The notes under the pieces are model-generated. The model saw only the letters and a program-made list of their open reading frames with translations, was not told the origin of the DNA and ran no database searches. The position numbers were made by a program, and so were the translations under genes. A DNA stretch of 61,855 nt, the filler included, from Basidiobolus ranarum (Eukaryota), in the NCBI GenBank assembly GCA_040143965.1. It is 14 parts of 14 records of this genome, joined end to end, with 100 filler letters (N's around TTAATTAATTAA, not from the genome) between each part and the next. Parts side by side here need not be neighbours in the genome. Positions count along the whole stretch, not along the records: positions 8,870 to 13,199 come from JASJQH010008881.1; positions 13,300 to 17,629 come from JASJQH010008882.1; positions 17,730 to 22,058 come from JASJQH010008883.1; positions 22,159 to 26,485 come from JASJQH010008884.1; 10 more parts are not named here. One strand, 5' to 3'. This document shows positions 12,009-25,100 of the stretch, piece after piece. How positions within the stretch are numbered: position 1 is the first letter of the stretch; every line of letters starts with the position of its first letter.

Positions 12009-12323
12009 TGTTGAAGTATTTTGGGAGTTTGTTGGAAATGGTTTGGAGAACTAGAGGAATTGGTGATTTTCACTTATTGATTTATTGAGTATTCAGTTGA
12101 CATTTATAGTTTTGTAAAGAGGTAAACAAACAAACGTTTAGAATGTGTTAAGGAAGGACCCAGGAACACGTGTGCAAAGCTTAGGGCTTCTAACACAAGT
12201 TAGAAAAATCTATATATCTTCGAACTTCTAAGTAAATTCCTCTTGAGGTGATATCTTAGTGAAATATGTAATAACTAAGCTGTATATGACTATATAGATA
12301 TTTAGGTTATGCTAACTACAACA
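12009..12323 (-). mobile_element. Solo copia LTR (family A) with 5-bp target-site duplication CTATT
   Basis: ctatt(12004-12008)-TGTTGAAG...ACAACA-ctatt(12324-12328). Colinear with the LTR at 8147-8494. Confidence 0.93.
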
Positions 12324-13299
12324 CTATTAACCAATGCTATTACTGCTACATCTGATTAACCCGCAAACTATGTTACAAGCTATGACGCCTCAGTAGCAAT
12401 GCTTAGTTTTGTCGTTGGTGGCTAGATGTCGGACTAAACCTGGTGGTACCATTGCTACGGTACCCATAGGGAGCCATTAGAATATGAACAATAAATTAAC
12501 AGAAAATAGAAAGAAATCTTTACAAGCAAATAAATACATCACTCCTGGAAATTTTTTTCTTCTATTACTGAAACTTTGGGAAATCTACCTCTCTAACGGC
12601 TACCATCACATTTGGTAAAATTTCCTCCTATAATATAACCTGTGGAAGCTTCGATTGAATTTTACTCTATACTAAAGTTCAGTGGGGGCACTTGGGATGT
12701 TGCAATTGTAAATGTTTACTATATGAAGAATGGCTAACAATATTTACACTCCAAAAGGCAGTATATATGAGCTGGTGATATACATAATAATACAGCAATC
12801 GCAGCATTAGTCACAAAAAGCAATTTAACGAGCTAAAACTTTATTATGTATTAAAAGTCACTACTGTCAGCTATAACTTTCGGCGTAAAGGCTCTAGCCA
12901 ATCATTATGTGATGTAAATTTCAGTAAACCCCTCGTTATTGGTGTTAGAACTTTACGCCCTGAATATCGGTTGTGTGGTTCGCCACACTCCTTTCAGTCA
13001 TCGAGTTTCGGGGTATAACTAACTCTTGTTGAAGATGGCGACCTGGCGGGATTATGATATAAGCGAGAATAGCGATAAACATCATTAACGAGTCAAATAC
13101 ATAAAAGTACACCTCGTGTGAGATAAGATATCCGTTATATCCTTGAGCGAATTCGGCGATACGATAAATGGATCGGATTAGAAGTGCAGCATTATTGACN
13201 NNNNNNNNNNNNNNNNNNNNNNNNNNNNNNNNNNNNNNNNNNNTTAATTAATTAANNNNNNNNNNNNNNNNNNNNNNNNNNNNNNNNNNNNNNNNNNNN

Positions 13300-14900
13300 C
13301 AATAAAGATTCTTGCAAAGTATCTTCCCTGTCCAGTCTTGTCTTGTGGTCTACACCCAAGTACTCTCCTGCCTTGTAGTCTCTTGTCATTGCTTGCAGTC
13401 CTTGTCCAGTTCCTTAGTGTGACAACAGCAACCAAAAACTATTCTACTCTGGTAGGTACAGAGCTCACTGTGTAAAGCTCTGGGTTTTGCCAGACTTGTT
13501 AGGAAATACCACATTATTTGGTAGGTTACAACTAGGGAGGTTACGGGGCAAAATGATTGTGGGCAGAGAAGCATGCACCATTTGTGAGATATAAATAGTT
13601 TCACAAGAAGGAATTAGACCAGGCTGTAAACAGGCACAAGAGGTTAGAAAGTAGGAGAGTACTTGGGTGTAAACCATAGGGCAAGACAAGACAAAACTAG
13701 ACAGAGAATATACCTGGTGAGTATTGTGATTAATCCAAGGAGTTGATCAGAGTGAGGTACAATCAAGGAAAACAGGGAGCTTTTGTAGACACCCTATGAA
13801 AAATATGGGAATAGGTTCCAGAGGGAAACCAGGGAAAACACAAATATAGGGGTATTGATACCATAAGAAAATGGCAGGAAAAAAAGACTGTTAGAGAGAC
13901 CATAAGAAAAATGTTTTAATACCAGCATAATACCATTATAAAACAGTAAGAAAATACTATGAAATGGAAATCTAAATTCTTTTTGTTAGAATATATTGAA
14001 GGATGAGACATAAGGTAGGGAATACACCGTGGCAAGTTAGGGTTAGGGTTAAGTGCTGAGGTGTTGGAGACTACAAGGACCAATACAAAGGAGATGATGT
14101 AAGGATGAACAGATGACCTTCCATGGAAGGTCCTGGCAGAAATATACTATAGGTGGTAGGTTATTATTGCTTAGGTTTCATGGAATATTTCAAAGAACAT
14201 GACTTTCACATAAGTTAAACTGGATGAGCTAGAACAAGATTGCCAAGAAGGGATAACATAGCAGATATGATGTCATGATCTAATGATAGAAGAATAACAT
14301 TTCCAGTGAATGAGTATACCAAGATCAGAATCATGACAGTATCTCCTCCTTAGTGATGGCTTCCAGACATCATTGGGCCAGGTTTTCTGCATAGGCTTCT
14401 GGAAACTCCTGGCAAAGTGCTTTAGAGTTGAAAGATTTTTTTCTTGTTCCCGTGATTGATAATTTGTTGAGTATTCCTTTGTGTCTACTAAACATTTCAA
14501 TTTACATTGATAAATTGTGGAATCTAGAATTTTGCTAACTTTATATTTGGAGTGTTGTTTTACTTGGATTCCTGGGGGTGACTCAATAGATTGGCCATCG
14601 AAGATGTTTCTGCAATGTGGCTCTAGGGGAGACACATGGAATAAATTGCAGACTCTAAAATGGTCTGTGTGTTCAAGGCAGAAGGCTACTGATTTGATTT
14701 GCCTAACAATCATAAGGGGCCCAGGTCTTTTATGATCTAATATATCACATGGTTGAGTGGTCTTGTTACTTTCTGAATTAGGCATACATAATCTTCTGGC
14801 TTGAATTCTGGGTTTGCCTTTCTTGTCTTAACAGTAAAGCCCTGGTATTATCATTGAGCATGCTCCAACTCATATATTTTTTTGTTTATGGATGCCCATA
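13300..14900 (-). mobile_element. Degenerate Ty3/gypsy chromovirus 3' end (integrase tail + chromodomain, PPT, putative LTR ~13598-14338) plus an inverted LTR-end fragment at 13300-13424
   Basis: ORF 14273-14785 has LDHKRPGP...FHVSPLEP (GPF/Y region) and YKVSKILDS...LKCLV (chromodomain-like). PPT AAGGAGGAGA then TGTCATGA at 14338. A 19-bp exact inverted match links 13351-13369 and 13653-13671. Confidence 0.8.
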
Positions 14901-15014
14901 AGGAAAGTGGCATGATCTGAGGCAGCAGGGCAAGGAAGATCAGATGGTGGGTAAGTTAAGAAACAAGGATTGAATCCATGATTTGCACAGAAAGGATTTT
15001 GTTTAATGGTGATA

Positions 15015-15950
15015 TCCTATCAAAAATATAATTGATTTCATCCTGATTGGATCCAGCCTGCTTGATGGCAAAATTGTCAGAGAACTGTCACAATATTGGT
15101 AGCTTCCATTCTGCCAGGAATTTTGATGATGAGATAGTGGCTTCTTGACAGTATTTTGATATTATTTGTACAGGGTGAATTATTGATCCTGGTATTTGGC
15201 ATGTGTTATTTAATTCCCAACAATTTTTGCAAAAACTCTATTTTTGAAGGCCAAATTACCAGGTTTACTAATATAGAAATTAAAATCAATATGCATGAGG
15301 TCATTTAGATATATTATGCTTTGTATACCAGCCTTGCTGAAAATCAAAAAATACCAGCATCTTGCTATGTTTAGTCTGTACAAATTCAAATACTTGACCG
15401 ATCAAACATAACTCAACAATATCAATATGCTTTGCTAGCAAATTAATGGTCAAAAAATACTAAACATCTGAAATCTTGAATTGCACCAATACTTGGCAAA
15501 TAGCTGACTCTTGTCAACATTGACAATGATAATAAGCTCCTAGATTTTGGCAAATTTTTCATCAAGAATTCAGCCAAAATATCCTTAACTTTAAGTCAAC
15601 AAATGTTCAGCCACAAGTAGATGTGTCATTGATTGATTAGATTACCTCATTGCTTAAACAATAATACTGTGTATCTTGATATATCTCACAAAAAAGTTTG
15701 TCTTGCAGCTTTTGTAGAAATACCATCAGATTATCACACAAATAAAATAGTCTAAACTATACAGGTACTTATTCTGTGTCCATGGATTGGGTTTTGTTGT
15801 TAACATTGAGCTCAATCAATGCAAAAACCCATGAGTGTATTGAAAAGAGCCCTTTGTTGGAAGGTTATTATACTCTGGAGTCTCCTTAGCCCTTCACATT
15901 ACATCTATCACTGATTTTGCAGATATATTGTTAATCAGATTAGCATATGG
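15015..15950 (+). mobile_element. Old copy of the CCCTAACA-ended DNA transposon terminal region
   Basis: Colinear with 44072-44185. Reverse-complement match to 31012-31269, 31275-32010 and 48760-49700. Confidence 0.78.
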
Positions 15951-16022
15951 TATTACTGACAATTTCACATGGAAGATCATTTCCCTGCAGGTGTGCTCCA
16001 TTGGGAACTCCCAGAAGGCATA

Positions 16023-17250
16023 CCCTAACAGAAATTTCAGAATTGTCACTGTAGAAAAACAATCACAATTTTAATCCGTTTTGGATTGACTGTTTACTTA
16101 CCATCATAATATCATTATGTAAGATTTGATTTTAATCAATTTTTTTTCAGTTTCAGGATTGAAATTTCAAAATCTTGCAAAATAGTTGCACAAATTTGGC
16201 TACAATCTCAGAGAACCATGGATCAACACATGTGTGAAAAATGTAACTCATATTTTACACATTTACCACTTGAATGCTAATTTATAACCTGTGAAATCCC
16301 TAGTTTTTATGTTACATTCTCTTGAATATTTTTATAGAGTCCTCCATACCCAAGGTTGAACTCATAACCAACACAAGTTTGTATGAATATCTCCATCAAA
16401 GCCCACCATTGGATCAACATTGTTGAATCAACCTTCTTCCAGCTATCTGGTGGATACCCTGCAATATTGTGCTACTCTGCATTAAGTTCTTCTCAGATAT
16501 CTGCATGGTCAACACCAGACTGAATGTTAAGTTGAATGTTATCCTTCTGAAGCCACTCTCTTCACACTAGCACTGTGTTTCTCACTTCATACTTTTGAAA
16601 ATACTCCTTAAGCACTTTTACTATTCTTCTCTGCCCTTGTAGTGTGACCCTACTGAGGGTTCTTTGTGGTGTTTGTGTGGCTTTTTACTTGCCTTTAACA
16701 TCTGGGGCTAATTTCAAAACTTTGAAAAGTACTAGTTGATGTTGAAGAGGCATGAATTTGATTTGCTTGTGTTTTGGCTTGTTGAAAGGTGCCAGGTGTT
16801 TGTTCAACTTCCAAATTTAGAATACTTCAAACTGGTGTACCTGGATCCATGGTGAAATTAAGCCTTTTGCTGGTATATGTGACACTGGAAATAAATAATC
16901 TTTGTAATGGTGTGAACAATTTGGTAGATGGGATAGTAGAGCCTAAACTCACTGATCTTTTGCTTTTCCCATGGGTTCATTAGCTTCCTGCTCCTTGAGT
17001 TTTTCTTTAGCTATTTTTCTTCCTTTTTCAAGATGATATTGTACTAGCCCAATTGCCATGTGCTTGCAACAAACCAGGATAAGCCACATGAAATACATCA
17101 AAAACCTTCAGAGTACTCTCTGATTTTTGATTTTTCCACAATTGGCTGATATCAAGGTGATTTTGCGCAATATTTTGTTGAAGTTGCTTGTCTTTGTCAT
17201 ATTTATTCTCTCTATCTTTAATCACCTAACTATTTCATAAATCACATGTA
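16023..17250. mobile_element. Second CCCTAACAGAAA terminus followed by a decayed ORF (probable other end of the same DNA transposon family)
   Basis: CCCTAACAGAAATT at 16023. The minus-strand frame is interrupted by stops. CpG-depleted. Confidence 0.45.
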
Positions 17251-17729
17251 AGTTAGTTAACATTACTTAGTCAAATATCACTCAACTGCAAAACTGAACA
17301 TATAGTATATATATATATATATGTGAACAATGTGAGTATTAGTAATTCCATATTGGAAATTTCAAACTTGTCCAAATTGCCACAAAGATAGCTCATTTTA
17401 CTACCATGGATGTTCTGAACACAACACCAGTATTAGTTTTCTGTATTTCCGCAAAAATATATAAATGCTTTATTTCTGAACAATAAATAATTATCTCACA
17501 AAGCTATTTACAACTCAACTTTTCTAAAGTTCCTCCAAACAGCCCATATTTTCCCAATAGATTCCATAGAGTTTGCAAAGTCTTAAACCACTCAACATCA
17601 CAGCTAGTGACAGCAGCTCTGACATACAGNNNNNNNNNNNNNNNNNNNNNNNNNNNNNNNNNNNNNNNNNNNNTTAATTAATTAANNNNNNNNNNNNNNN
17701 NNNNNNNNNNNNNNNNNNNNNNNNNNNNN

Positions 17730-20700
17730 ACCAAGAGTGCAGTTGGGCTCTATTTTGACCAAAATTCAGCCAGACCAGCTACAAAATTGGTTGAAGTACC
17801 CTATGTACCAAATATAGCCAACAATCTACTCTCAGTGAGCTAAGCAACAACTCAAGTACTAAATTTTGTGTTAAGCAAGGCTGGATGTACTAACACAGAT
17901 CACATTAATACCAAAATGCCTACTGGGATTGAAACTAAAAACTTATACAAGTAAGAAACCAACAAATTGTATTCTGTGCATGCAAACTTGGCAAAAACTG
18001 GTGAAATAAGCCATCAGACTTGGCACAGGGAATTAGGACACACTGGGGCAGAAATACGGACCCAAATGTTCTGAAAGCAACTTGTTTCAGGCAAAGAAAA
18101 AGAAAGTATTATCATACTAGATCCATGTGAAGGTGTCATATATTGAAAACATCACTGATAGCTGTTTTAAAGCTCTGGAGAGGTTGAATCTACTCAAACT
18201 TTGCCCTGTTTGTTCTGATCTATGTGGGCCCATGAAAAATATTTCATTTGGTAAGGAAAGGTACTTTATGACCCTCATTGACAACAAAACAAGATATACA
18301 TTGCTTCCTTTCTCAAGAAAAAATCTGCAGCCTTAGCTATGTTTAAGTAACAAGGCAATAGTTCAGAAAGATTCATCCCAAAAAATAAGAGTACCTAGGA
18401 GTGACAATGGTGGAGAATGCTGCTTCAAAAACATTGCTAGTCTCTGTTCTCAGCATGAAATTAAGCAACAAGCAACTGTACCCTATACTCCTCAGCAAAA
18501 TGGAGCTGCAGAACTGACTTAGAAGACCATAGTGGAGATGGCAAGATCACTGTTAGATGATTAATAGTTAGATTACCAATTTTTGGCTGAATCTGACCCC
18601 ACTACAGTCAATATCAAAAACAGATGCCCCACAAGATTGCTACAAAGTTCTACTACATTTAGAGCCCTATATGGTTTGAAAACAAGTGTTGGTTGTCTCA
18701 AGATCTTTGGTTGCACGCAGCTAATTCCAGTGCAAAAATGCTCTATATTGGCACCTAAAAGCAGAAAATGAATATTTCTTGCTTACTGTGGTAGATCTAA
18801 GGCCTACCACCTGTTTGATACACAAATTCAGAAGTTAATTGAGTGCATAGATGTGATTTTTGATGTGAAAGCAAATTTGACACCTCAAATCATAGTTCTT
18901 GATCCAGAAAAGACATTCAGTTCTGCTTATAAAGTGTCTGACACACTTACAGCTTTATCTGAGTCCTAATTATATCAGAGGATGATTCAGGACTTAGAAG
19001 ATCAACCAGCAGGAGATATAGGCCTGGGAACTGGTGGTATACTTTTAATGCCAATATGTAAGCTTATGCAGCATTCTATGATGACCCACACACTTTTAGT
19101 CAAGCTGCTCTCAAGTGTCCAGAATCAAGATTATGGGAAAGAGCAATATATGATGGGTTTTCTTTACTTTAGGACAATAAAACGTAGGTTTTACATCCTC
19201 TACCATCAGGGAGAAAGCCAATGGGTTGCAACTGGGGTAACAAAATTGAAAACTAAGCTGATGAAACCATAACAAGTTACAAAGCTAGATTAATTTGTAA
19301 ATGGTTGGAATAAAAAATAAACTTTGGAAAGATATAAAATGAATTTGTAATAAAGATTTGTAAAAATTCATTTAAAGTAAGATGTTTGAGAATATTTAAA
19401 ATATTTTTCGCAGACTCCAGGAGTTGCTAATGATGAAAGCTTTGCTCTGTAGCTAAGCTCAGCTCCACTAGATCAATCCTGGCACTCTCAACTGCTCATA
19501 ACCCTGATTTACATCAAATGGATGTTAAACAGCTCTTCTAAAAAGAAATCTAGCGGGAGAGATCTATATGGAGCAACCAGATGGATTTGTTGACCCAAAA
19601 CATTCTGATATGATGTGTATACTGCAAAACTGATATGTGGGCCCAAGCAAGCACCCAAGGTATAGTACAACAAGATAAATACATACTTAGGATCACTGGA
19701 ATTTGAAAAATGCGCACAGATCACAGTATTTGCATCAGAAAAACAGGAAATAGGATTCTTGACTTGGGACTATATGTGGATGACTTGATCCTAGCCACAA
19801 ATGATCTAGAAGCACTAAATTAGACAAAAACAGCTTATCAAAATAATTTGTGATGACTGATAGGTGTAAATTAAGTTACTTTCTTGGAATCCCAAACAAG
19901 AGAGACAAACACTATCAGAGACTGATGCTGAATCAGTCTTGTAATATCTCAAAATCCAGAATTTGATCACAAAATGACGGTAAGAGAAATATTCAGACAT
20001 TTAAGAGGAACTGTAGATATATATTGGAATACACTGTCATTCCTGATACCTGAAATTTCAAAGGCTACAGTGATACAGACTGGGGAAGAAACATTGATGA
20101 TGGAAAATCAACAACTGGGTACACTTTTCTCTATAGAAATGGTGCCATAACTTAGAATAGTGAGAATTAGCCAACTGTAGCAGTTTTGACTTCAGTAACA
20201 GAGTATATGGCTGCCTCTGCTGTCACACAAGAAGCTATGTGGTAAAAGAAGGTACTTCCGGACTTTGAAATTAGGTAAATGGCAACCCAATATTTAGTCG
20301 TTAGTTTTTTCATATTCCAATTATTTAGCACTCAGTTCTGCAAATCAAAAATGTATGTTTATTGCTCTATGTTGCTAGAAATATCAATTAGATAACTTTT
20401 ACCAAATTTCACTTTTATCTCAATATTTCTCCAAATCACCTTGCGTTTGCACACATGCTTTGCAGGCATGTTGGTTATGATGTAAAAGTGTCCAATAGTC
20501 CTTTTTAATAGTACTCTATAAATGGGACATATTCAATACAATAAAACTTAAGTGTCTAATTCATAAAAACAAATCTAATTTACAAATCCAAATCATGTAA
20601 CAACACTTACAACTCCCTTGCGCACTTAAATCAGGTTGTGAGCCCCAAGCAAGTTGTTAAAGGAATGTCTACAAGCACTATTGCCAATGTTTTGCATCCA

Positions 20701-21000
20701 CCGAGATGTTTGATTGTGAAGCCTTTACCTCAGAAGTTTGCAATGTAAATGGTGCCTGAACAAAAAGACCTTTGTGTATTTGTTACAGCAGATCAAATAG
20801 ACCCAAAATGGCCACCAGAAGCCATCCTTGCCTTTAAAAGAAGCTGTAGAACGCACTCTCAACACTTTGCAGACTTCTTGGTGACTCTCAGTGAAGGCAT
20901 GTACACATAGCCAAAAACATCCAAAATGCTTGGAAAATGCTTGAGGGCCTAGGTGAAAGTAATGCTCTGCAATCAGCTAGTTGCTGGCTTACAAATTGAA
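17730..21000 (+). mobile_element. Decayed Ty1/copia pol (pre-integrase, integrase, RT, RNase H), then family-B LTR (~20265-20633), PBS and gag start of a second copy
   Basis: WHRELGH, CSDLCGPM, LRSDNGGE, PYTPQQNGAAE, GYSDTDW motifs with many stops and frameshifts. CA|GGTTGTGAGCCCC at 20634. Gag MSTSTIANV at 20665. Confidence 0.9.
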
Positions 21001-21059
21001 AATACAACAAAAGGAGTTCTATATGAAGGAGGCTCATAAGTGAAAGATCATAGAAGCAA

Positions 21060-21590
21060 ACATAATGTTGTTAAGTATCACTTCATTATAGAGATTATTG
21101 AAAATACGTTTAATCATGAAACTTTTTATTCTACAAAAGACATGATTGCTGCCATATTAACCAAACCATTACCTGGACAGAAATTTGAGAAATATAGATC
21201 TTTATGAGGATTAGTTTATATGAAAATTTAGTAGAGAGAGAGTGTTGAAATTAGCATTGCCTAAACACCCATATAGACTTATATAGCATAGTACTTTGTT
21301 ATCTTGTATTCACTGAGATATTATCAATTATTATCAACCGTAACTTACTTGATATAATTTTACCAACTTAGAAGTTCTCAGATATATAGGTTTTGTCAAA
21401 CCTGTGCTAGAAGCACCAAACTTTGAACACATGTTCCTGTGACCTTCCTTAAAGTACTGTACACATGAGTTAACCTACATCTTGATGAAGCTAAAAATGT
21501 CAACTTTCTACTCAATAAATCAATGAATAAACACCACCAATTCCTCATACTCTCCATGCCACTTCCTACAGGCTCTCAAATATTTCAACA
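21060..21590 (+). mobile_element. Copia RNase H end, PPT and family-A 3' LTR (21243-21590, 348 bp)
   Basis: KHNVVKYHFIIE...DMIAAILTKPL, then AGAGAGAGAG, then TGTTGAAATTAG...TTTCAACA. Confidence 0.88.
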
Positions 21591-21974
21591 GACACCTCCT
21601 ATGGTTGGCTTCACTCTTACTACCCATCTTTCTCAAGCTTCCCTGCTAAGGCAAAGGTAGCTTCCACCTTTGGATAATTGCTCCAGGTACATCCTTGTCA
21701 AGACACTATTAGTTGAGTTTACAGTTGTTTTTGATCTAAGGATATTGATACCAGCATATTCTTTTCTCACAGCACCAATCATTTCTTATATGGAAAGTTG
21801 GACATTGCATTGAGATTTCATTCCTAGAGAAACTTGAAGCTTTAAATCTTCCCCCACCCAACATAGTACATATTATGTCTACACCAGCCCTACAAGGAAT
21901 AATATAATGTAAGCTCTTACTCAGCTTCAGCAAGGAAAGCAAGCACTTTATGCTTCTCTTGCTCAAGTATAGAA

Positions 21975-22058
21975 TCCAGCTCCACCCAACTATCCTGCAT
22001 ATTCAACTCCTGAACCCAAGATCTTCCTACCAATTAAGTTTGATGGCCCTTTCCATGA
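21975..22058 (+). mobile_element. Ty3/gypsy gag N-terminal fragment
   Basis: TPEPKIFLPIKFDG resembles the EPKxxxPxKFDG motif of retrotransposon gag. Confidence 0.5.
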
Positions 22059-22158
22059 NNNNNNNNNNNNNNNNNNNNNNNNNNNNNNNNNNNNNNNNNN
22101 NNTTAATTAATTAANNNNNNNNNNNNNNNNNNNNNNNNNNNNNNNNNNNNNNNNNNNN

Positions 22159-25100
22159 TGATTGACTGCAACCATGATATTGAACTAACACATATACAAG
22201 ACCAAATTCGCAGCTCATTACCTCAGTATATGGTGCCAACAGTATGGATCCCTCTTACACGAATGCCAATTAATGCTAGCGGTAAAACGGACTTTCAAAT
22301 GCTACAAATATTATATAGAGATTGCTACAAAGAAATCAGTCGCGGCCTTATGAGGGAAGCGAAAGAAACTAATGAGGAGCCACTTTCTCCAATTGAAAAG
22401 ATATTGCAAGAAGTCTGGGGGAGTGTACTAAATATTGAAAAAACATCCATAGGGGTTAAGGACTCTTTTTACCACTTAGGCGGAGACTCAATATCTGCGA
22501 TTCAAATATCCTCTCAATGCCGTCAAAAAGGAGTAGAGGTATCTGTGCAAAGTATATTACAACATCCGAACATCCATCAACTTGGAAACTATGCCGAATT
22601 TACAACGTTTGCGTTAGAAAGACAGGAGGTAGAAGAGGATGGAGATGAAGTTAATGAAATTCCTCTTACCCCAATTCAGCACCAGTTTTTCGGGCTAGCG
22701 CAATCAGAAGTCCATCATTTTCATCTATCGTGGTTGGTGAAGGTTCAACATCCTATAGAGACTTCTGAATTAACGAAAGCTCTACATGAGCTTACATCAC
22801 ATCATGATATGTTACGAGTCCGTTTTTCCTACGAAGGAAACCATTGGTGCCAGCGATTAGCATCCAACGATGATAAAAATTTCGTTATTCAGCGACAACA
22901 GGTGTCTGGTATTGAAGAATTGAAAGCGAGTGTGTATCAGATACAACGCAGTCTCAATATTGAGACTGGGCCAATATCTTCTTTTATACTCTACGATTTA
23001 CCATCCGGTAAACAGCTGATGTTCATGACTATTCATCACTATGTAATTGACTTGGTGTCATGGCGTATTATCTGGGAGGACATTGAACAATTACTTAGTG
23101 GAAAATCTTTGCTTTATAAGACGATACCTTTCCGGAATTGGAGCAAGTTGCTTACAAGATACGCCGAATCTTTGAGCCTGAGAGACTGGCCACAACAGTT
23201 GCCCATACAGCAAATGGACTTAGATACAACTATGCTACCATATAACACCATGGATACTGTGCACACACAATCTTTCACTTTAGATGATGAATACACTAAA
23301 CGCTTATTTGGCATTAGTAATGATGCCTATAGAACGGAAGCAGTAGATTTTATGCTTTCTTCTCTTGCAGTGTCGTATTGCGAAATATTTAACTCTAGCT
23401 CATTAACAATTGCCACTGAGGGCCATGGTCGCGAGCCGTGGGACGACTCGTTGGATATCTCACGAACTGTCGGGTGGTTCACTTCTATATATCCCGTTAC
23501 TATTGAGAGGAACAGAGAAGACTCCATGGTGGATGTGTTGAAGCGTACGAAAGACATTCGTCGAGGCATTCCCCGTAACGGATTTACCTATGGTCTTCTC
23601 CGCTATTTACATCAAAGACTATCCCATCATTTTGCCAACGACAGCATGCAAGTTGGGTTCAATTATCTTGGACGTTTTCAACATTTAGAAAAGGCAGATT
23701 CTTTGTTTCAAGATGCTGAAGATGAATACAAATTTAACCTGAACATGTGTGGCCCTCAATGGAGACGAATGAATGCAATAGAAGTAGAGGTCACGATGCA
23801 ACATAACAATTTATGTGCCTCAATATCTTACAGCGATGTTCTTCACCAAGAAACTCAAATTGTGCAATGGCTCCAGTCGTGGCGAGATAACATGATGGAA
23901 GCCATCAATATATGCGCCAACAAAAGTAAAACAGAGTTGACCACTTCGGATCTTCCACTTCTGGCACTAAATGCTGGAGAATTAAATGAATTCATGCATA
24001 AAGTCCAAGCAGAATACGGTGACGATCTTGTGCAAAACATCGAAGATATATATCCTTGCTCACCCATACAAGAAGGCCTAATTCTTGGTAATTCTCAAGC
24101 AGCTAACTTTTATCACGTACAAGATGTATACAACGTAGCCAGTGGAATGGACTTGGAGAAGCTTCTTTCAGCATGGCAAATAGTGATTCACGATCTTCCA
24201 ATACTGAGGACGGTATTTATTAGCAACCCATGTACTTCGACAATTCATGGAGCATACCTTCAGATCGTTCTGCGACAGATCAATATAGATTTGAAACAGA
24301 AATTCGTAACGAATAAGGACATGGATGCTTCCGTGAAAGAATATCTCGAAGATGATGTGAATGAAGGATTCCCACTAGGACAGCCAAACATACGCTTGTG
24401 TTTGATACGCGGAAAAATAGACCAATTAGTAATATCACGTCACCATGCAATCAACGATGGATGGTCGGATAAGATTACTATGCGATATTTGGATGCCGTT
24501 TACAATAATTCGCCAAGACCAGCAGTGATACCATATAGAGACTATATGGCATATCGTACCAAACAGGAGGAAGTATTTAATAATTCGGAAGGATCGAACT
24601 ATTGGGCCACATACTTAGCTGATATAGAGCCATGCATATTTCCGACATTAGGCGACTCTGCCAATAGAGTCGAGTTTTTCCAGAAGGCAGCGAAATACCA
24701 GGCTTCTACACAAACTTTAAAAGATTTTTCGAACAAAATCGGTGTTTCTTTACTTACCCTATTACAAGCAGCTTGGGGTTTGGTACTAAAGCCTTATTAT
24801 GAAAAAGAGGATTTCGTATATGGCATTATCACGAATGGTCGCAACATTCCTATGAAACACATCGATCAGGTTATAGGGCCATGCATCAGTACCTCTCCTT
24901 TGAGAATTCAATACGACGAAGAAGCAACTGTAATCAATTGGTTACAGAGCCTACATCGACATACCATAGCCAAAATGCCTTTCGAAAATTGTGGTTTGCG
25001 AAAGATCAAGCAGTGGTCCAGGGCCAATGAAATCTCTCTAGAATTTGATACGATTCTTAACTTCCAAGTACCAGATAAAGAAAGTACCAACGACAATATC

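Noticed and set aside
14037-14051. Telomeric TTAGGG repeats
   Set aside because: Only about 2.5 units, located inside a putative gypsy LTR and not at a contig end.
17306-17322. (TA)n microsatellite
   Set aside because: Short and ordinary in AT-rich DNA.
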